From Callorhinchus milii (Eukaryota): a stretch of 64,000 nt of DNA. Every line of letters starts with the position of its first letter. The stretch's first letter is position 1. The position numbers and the translations under genes are program-made. Of this stretch, positions 61,626 through 64,000 are shown piece by piece. The stretch lies in contig NW_024704743.1 of NCBI RefSeq assembly GCF_018977255.1, positions 39,248,001-39,312,000 on the forward strand, given 5' to 3'. The notes beneath the pieces are model-generated. The model ran no database searches. It was not told the DNA's origin and saw only the letters and a list, made by a program, of their open reading frames with translations.

Positions 61626-63574
61626 ACTCTGTAGATTCTGTCCTCTTCAGTACCAGAGTCTGTCACGCCTATCCTTGCTCAGCTCCACAGGCTCCCCCTG
61701 GCTTCACCACTCTGACCTTTCAGACACCCATAACAAGCATCACAGGAGTCAGATTGCAGCTTCACACTGCATACAGTTTGTGCAATTCATATATTTGTGT
61801 CTAACACTTACAAATACACAGGCACTCCACTTTGCAGTGAATCCTGTGAAGCACTATGAGATGTCCTCCTGATATGAAAGGCGCAAAACCAAATGCAAGG
61901 ATTATTATAACACGAGTGAACATTTTGTTGTATGCTTATAATCGGAAATCCTATCCTATGAGCGGAACAAAGGTTTGCTATTGTTAGCAAACTCTGTGAG
62001 TTATATCCAATGATCAGTGTTATAATGTTGCAGCAATTTTTTTTAAATCGGAAAGCTGTCAAGCCATTATGTGCTTGTGCATGTATAAAAAATATACAGG
62101 GTCAATCTCAGTGGGTCTATTATGTTTGGAAGTGTATTATTTTCCAAACTGTTTCACTTTCAGCTGTGAATATGTTTAGATTAAGAGGTTCTCAAAGACA
62201 ATAGCCAAGTTTGTTTGTTAACACCTCAAATTGAAAGAGTCCCTTGAAGCTTCCCCGAAACTTGGATCAATATTTTGTTAAGATCAAAGGTTTGGCAGGT
62301 GTTAGCAGACCTCAGAAGTGGTTCATCTGGAGAGACCAGAGAGGGAACAAGAGAACGGCAGGTCAGGACCTCAAAACAAAGAGAGAGAGAGCGAGAAGCC
62401 CTGATTGTTTGTTGGTTCTGTACTGTGGAAGAAAAAGTACCATTCTGCAAGAAAAAAAGAAAAAAACGGTTGTCGGTAAAGCTTTCCATCTTTTCCACGG
62501 CATTAATTCCTTTACTTACCAATTTTAAAGTCTGTGTATTCAGTGCATATATATATATATGTAGATATATATATATAGATATGTACATATATATATGTCT
62601 AGGGTTCCAAATTAAACGCTTCCTTAGTTGGAAAATAAGCTTACGTGACTGTTGATATATTTGCGATCTTGTTCCGTGGAGATTCAGGATTTACTGGTGT
62701 TTTATTGTTTACTCGGGTTAGTTTAAGCTTGCATTTATATATTGCCCCTCACATAGGGTAGCAGTCCAGAGCGCTTGAGTAAACAGTATGTGCTGCAGAA
62801 TAAGCTTAGAGGGAGCAAAGCCAGGTGCAGTTTAAATTTGCAGTGACCAAGAAAAGGACTGCAAAGGTCATCGATGGGGATAAGCCAGACAATCAGTAAC
62901 ATTGTGACAAATGTACCTGCCACTTGTGCTTTCAATGTCTGTAGTTCCAACATCTTCAAGATTTTCTAACAAATGGACAATTGCTTCTTGGTGGTGTGTC
63001 AGTTCTTTAGTCTGTTGCCCTCTGACCCCTTCTGTAAGATGCACATTTCACCTTTGAACAAAAGAGCAATGGAGATGGGGGGGATGATGAATTCGCCCTT
63101 GGAAAATCCTTCCTCTCTCATCATGGCCTATTTCTTGTAATTTGCATAATCTTCTTGTTTTCACGCATTTGCAAGACAGATATTTATTATCCTTTCTACC
63201 CGTACATTTTTCTTTACCATTTATATAATTTATAACTTGAACTATGCCCAAATATACACATGCGTCCTATTGTCCTGCCCGATTCTGATGTTAGTATTTA
63301 CATTTAATACTGTTCTTTAGCTTGTATAGTTCCTGCCATCAGAACCCATCTTGTCACCTTGTGAACAATTTTGCCTTATTCGGCAATGTGGAATTTTGAG
63401 TTCATTACTTCCAGTTTGTAAAATGTACTGAACATTTGATGTTTAAGTATTGAGGAATTTCAAGCTCTTTATGTTCCTGTCAATTTAAAATAAATCAGCG
63501 AATGCACTTGCTTCTCCTTCCCCACTGCATTAAAAAATGCCAAAGTAGGTGACAGCTAATTTTTTCTTTACATT

Positions 63575-63780
63575 GATGGGGCAGATAGGATGGGGGATAT
63601 GAAGCAGGCCAGTGTTCACTGCGCCAAGGGAGCGACCAGATTGATGTGATTAGAAGAGGTCACAGAGATACTGTGGGGTGAGGCCCTAGAGGGATTTGAA
63701 CTTAAGAACAATGATCTTGAACTCGATCCGCTGGGGGATGGGGAGCCAGTGGAGCGAGGGTAGGGGTGATGGACTTGATG
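63575..63780 (-). mobile_element. L2 fragment
   Basis: Encodes ITPTLAPLAPHPQRIEFKIIVLKFKSL, a frameshifted version of the L2 LHWLP…RIEFK region. Confidence 0.75.
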
Positions 63781-63784
63781 CATA

Positions 63785-63930
63785 CACGAGAGAGAAGGAA
63801 ATAGAGTGATATAGAAGAGGGATATATGAGAGGGGAACAGGAGAGGTGGAGGCTTGTGTGGAGTATAACCTCTGCGTGGACTAGTTGGGCTGAATGGCCT
63901 GTTTTTGTGCTGTATTTCTCTATGCATGTA
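63785..63930 (+). mobile_element. CR1 3' UTR and tail
   Basis: GTTGGGCTGAATGGCCTGTTTTTGTGCTGTATTTCTCTATG(CATG)TATG. Confidence 0.7.
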
Positions 63931-64000
63931 TGAAATTCGTCTGGTCCCTGAAGATTCCAAGCAATCTTCTTTGGAACAGGAGCAACATGAACAGGTTTAT

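Noticed and set aside
62226..62655. Three overlapping 94-126 aa ORFs
   Set aside because: They run through (GA)n, poly-A and (TA)n tracts; chance ORFs.
1..64000. CRISPR arrays, operons, rRNA or viral genes
   Set aside because: No regularly spaced repeat-spacer arrays or gene-dense segments; the recurring motifs are dispersed SINE and LINE tails.

Overview
Vertebrate genomic DNA, AT-rich and dense in decayed retroelements. The repeat inventory (tRNA-headed SINEs with L2-type tails, Deu-domain SINEs, L2 and CR1 LINE fragments, a Penelope-like element) suggests a cartilaginous fish, plausibly a chimaera or elephant shark; this is inference. The only credible protein-coding feature is the single coding exon of a BASP1 (NAP-22/CAP-23) orthologue at 18339-19046 (+), with a splice acceptor 10 nt upstream and a 3' UTR ending near AATAAA at 19791. 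The upstream ~18 kb is probably intron 1 and the downstream ~44 kb is probably intergenic. Nearly all other ORFs are TE remnants or chance ORFs. Main observations: (1) a Penelope-like insertion with a 14-bp target-site duplication, inverted terminal repeats, a GIY-YIG remnant and two minimal hammerhead-ribozyme motifs with complementary core mutations; (2) a BASP1 N-terminus lacking the Tyr of the cholesterol-binding CRAC motif, with Cys instead; (3) two inverted L2 copies that share 3' flank and bracket the BASP1 exon; (4) an unclassified ~0.6 kb repeat in three copies and a palindromic MITE-like family; (5) SINE subfamilies whose 3' stem-loop appears to have switched to match a young L2. I see no evidence of a wholly new multi-gene system. 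Repeat boundaries were read by eye and are approximate.
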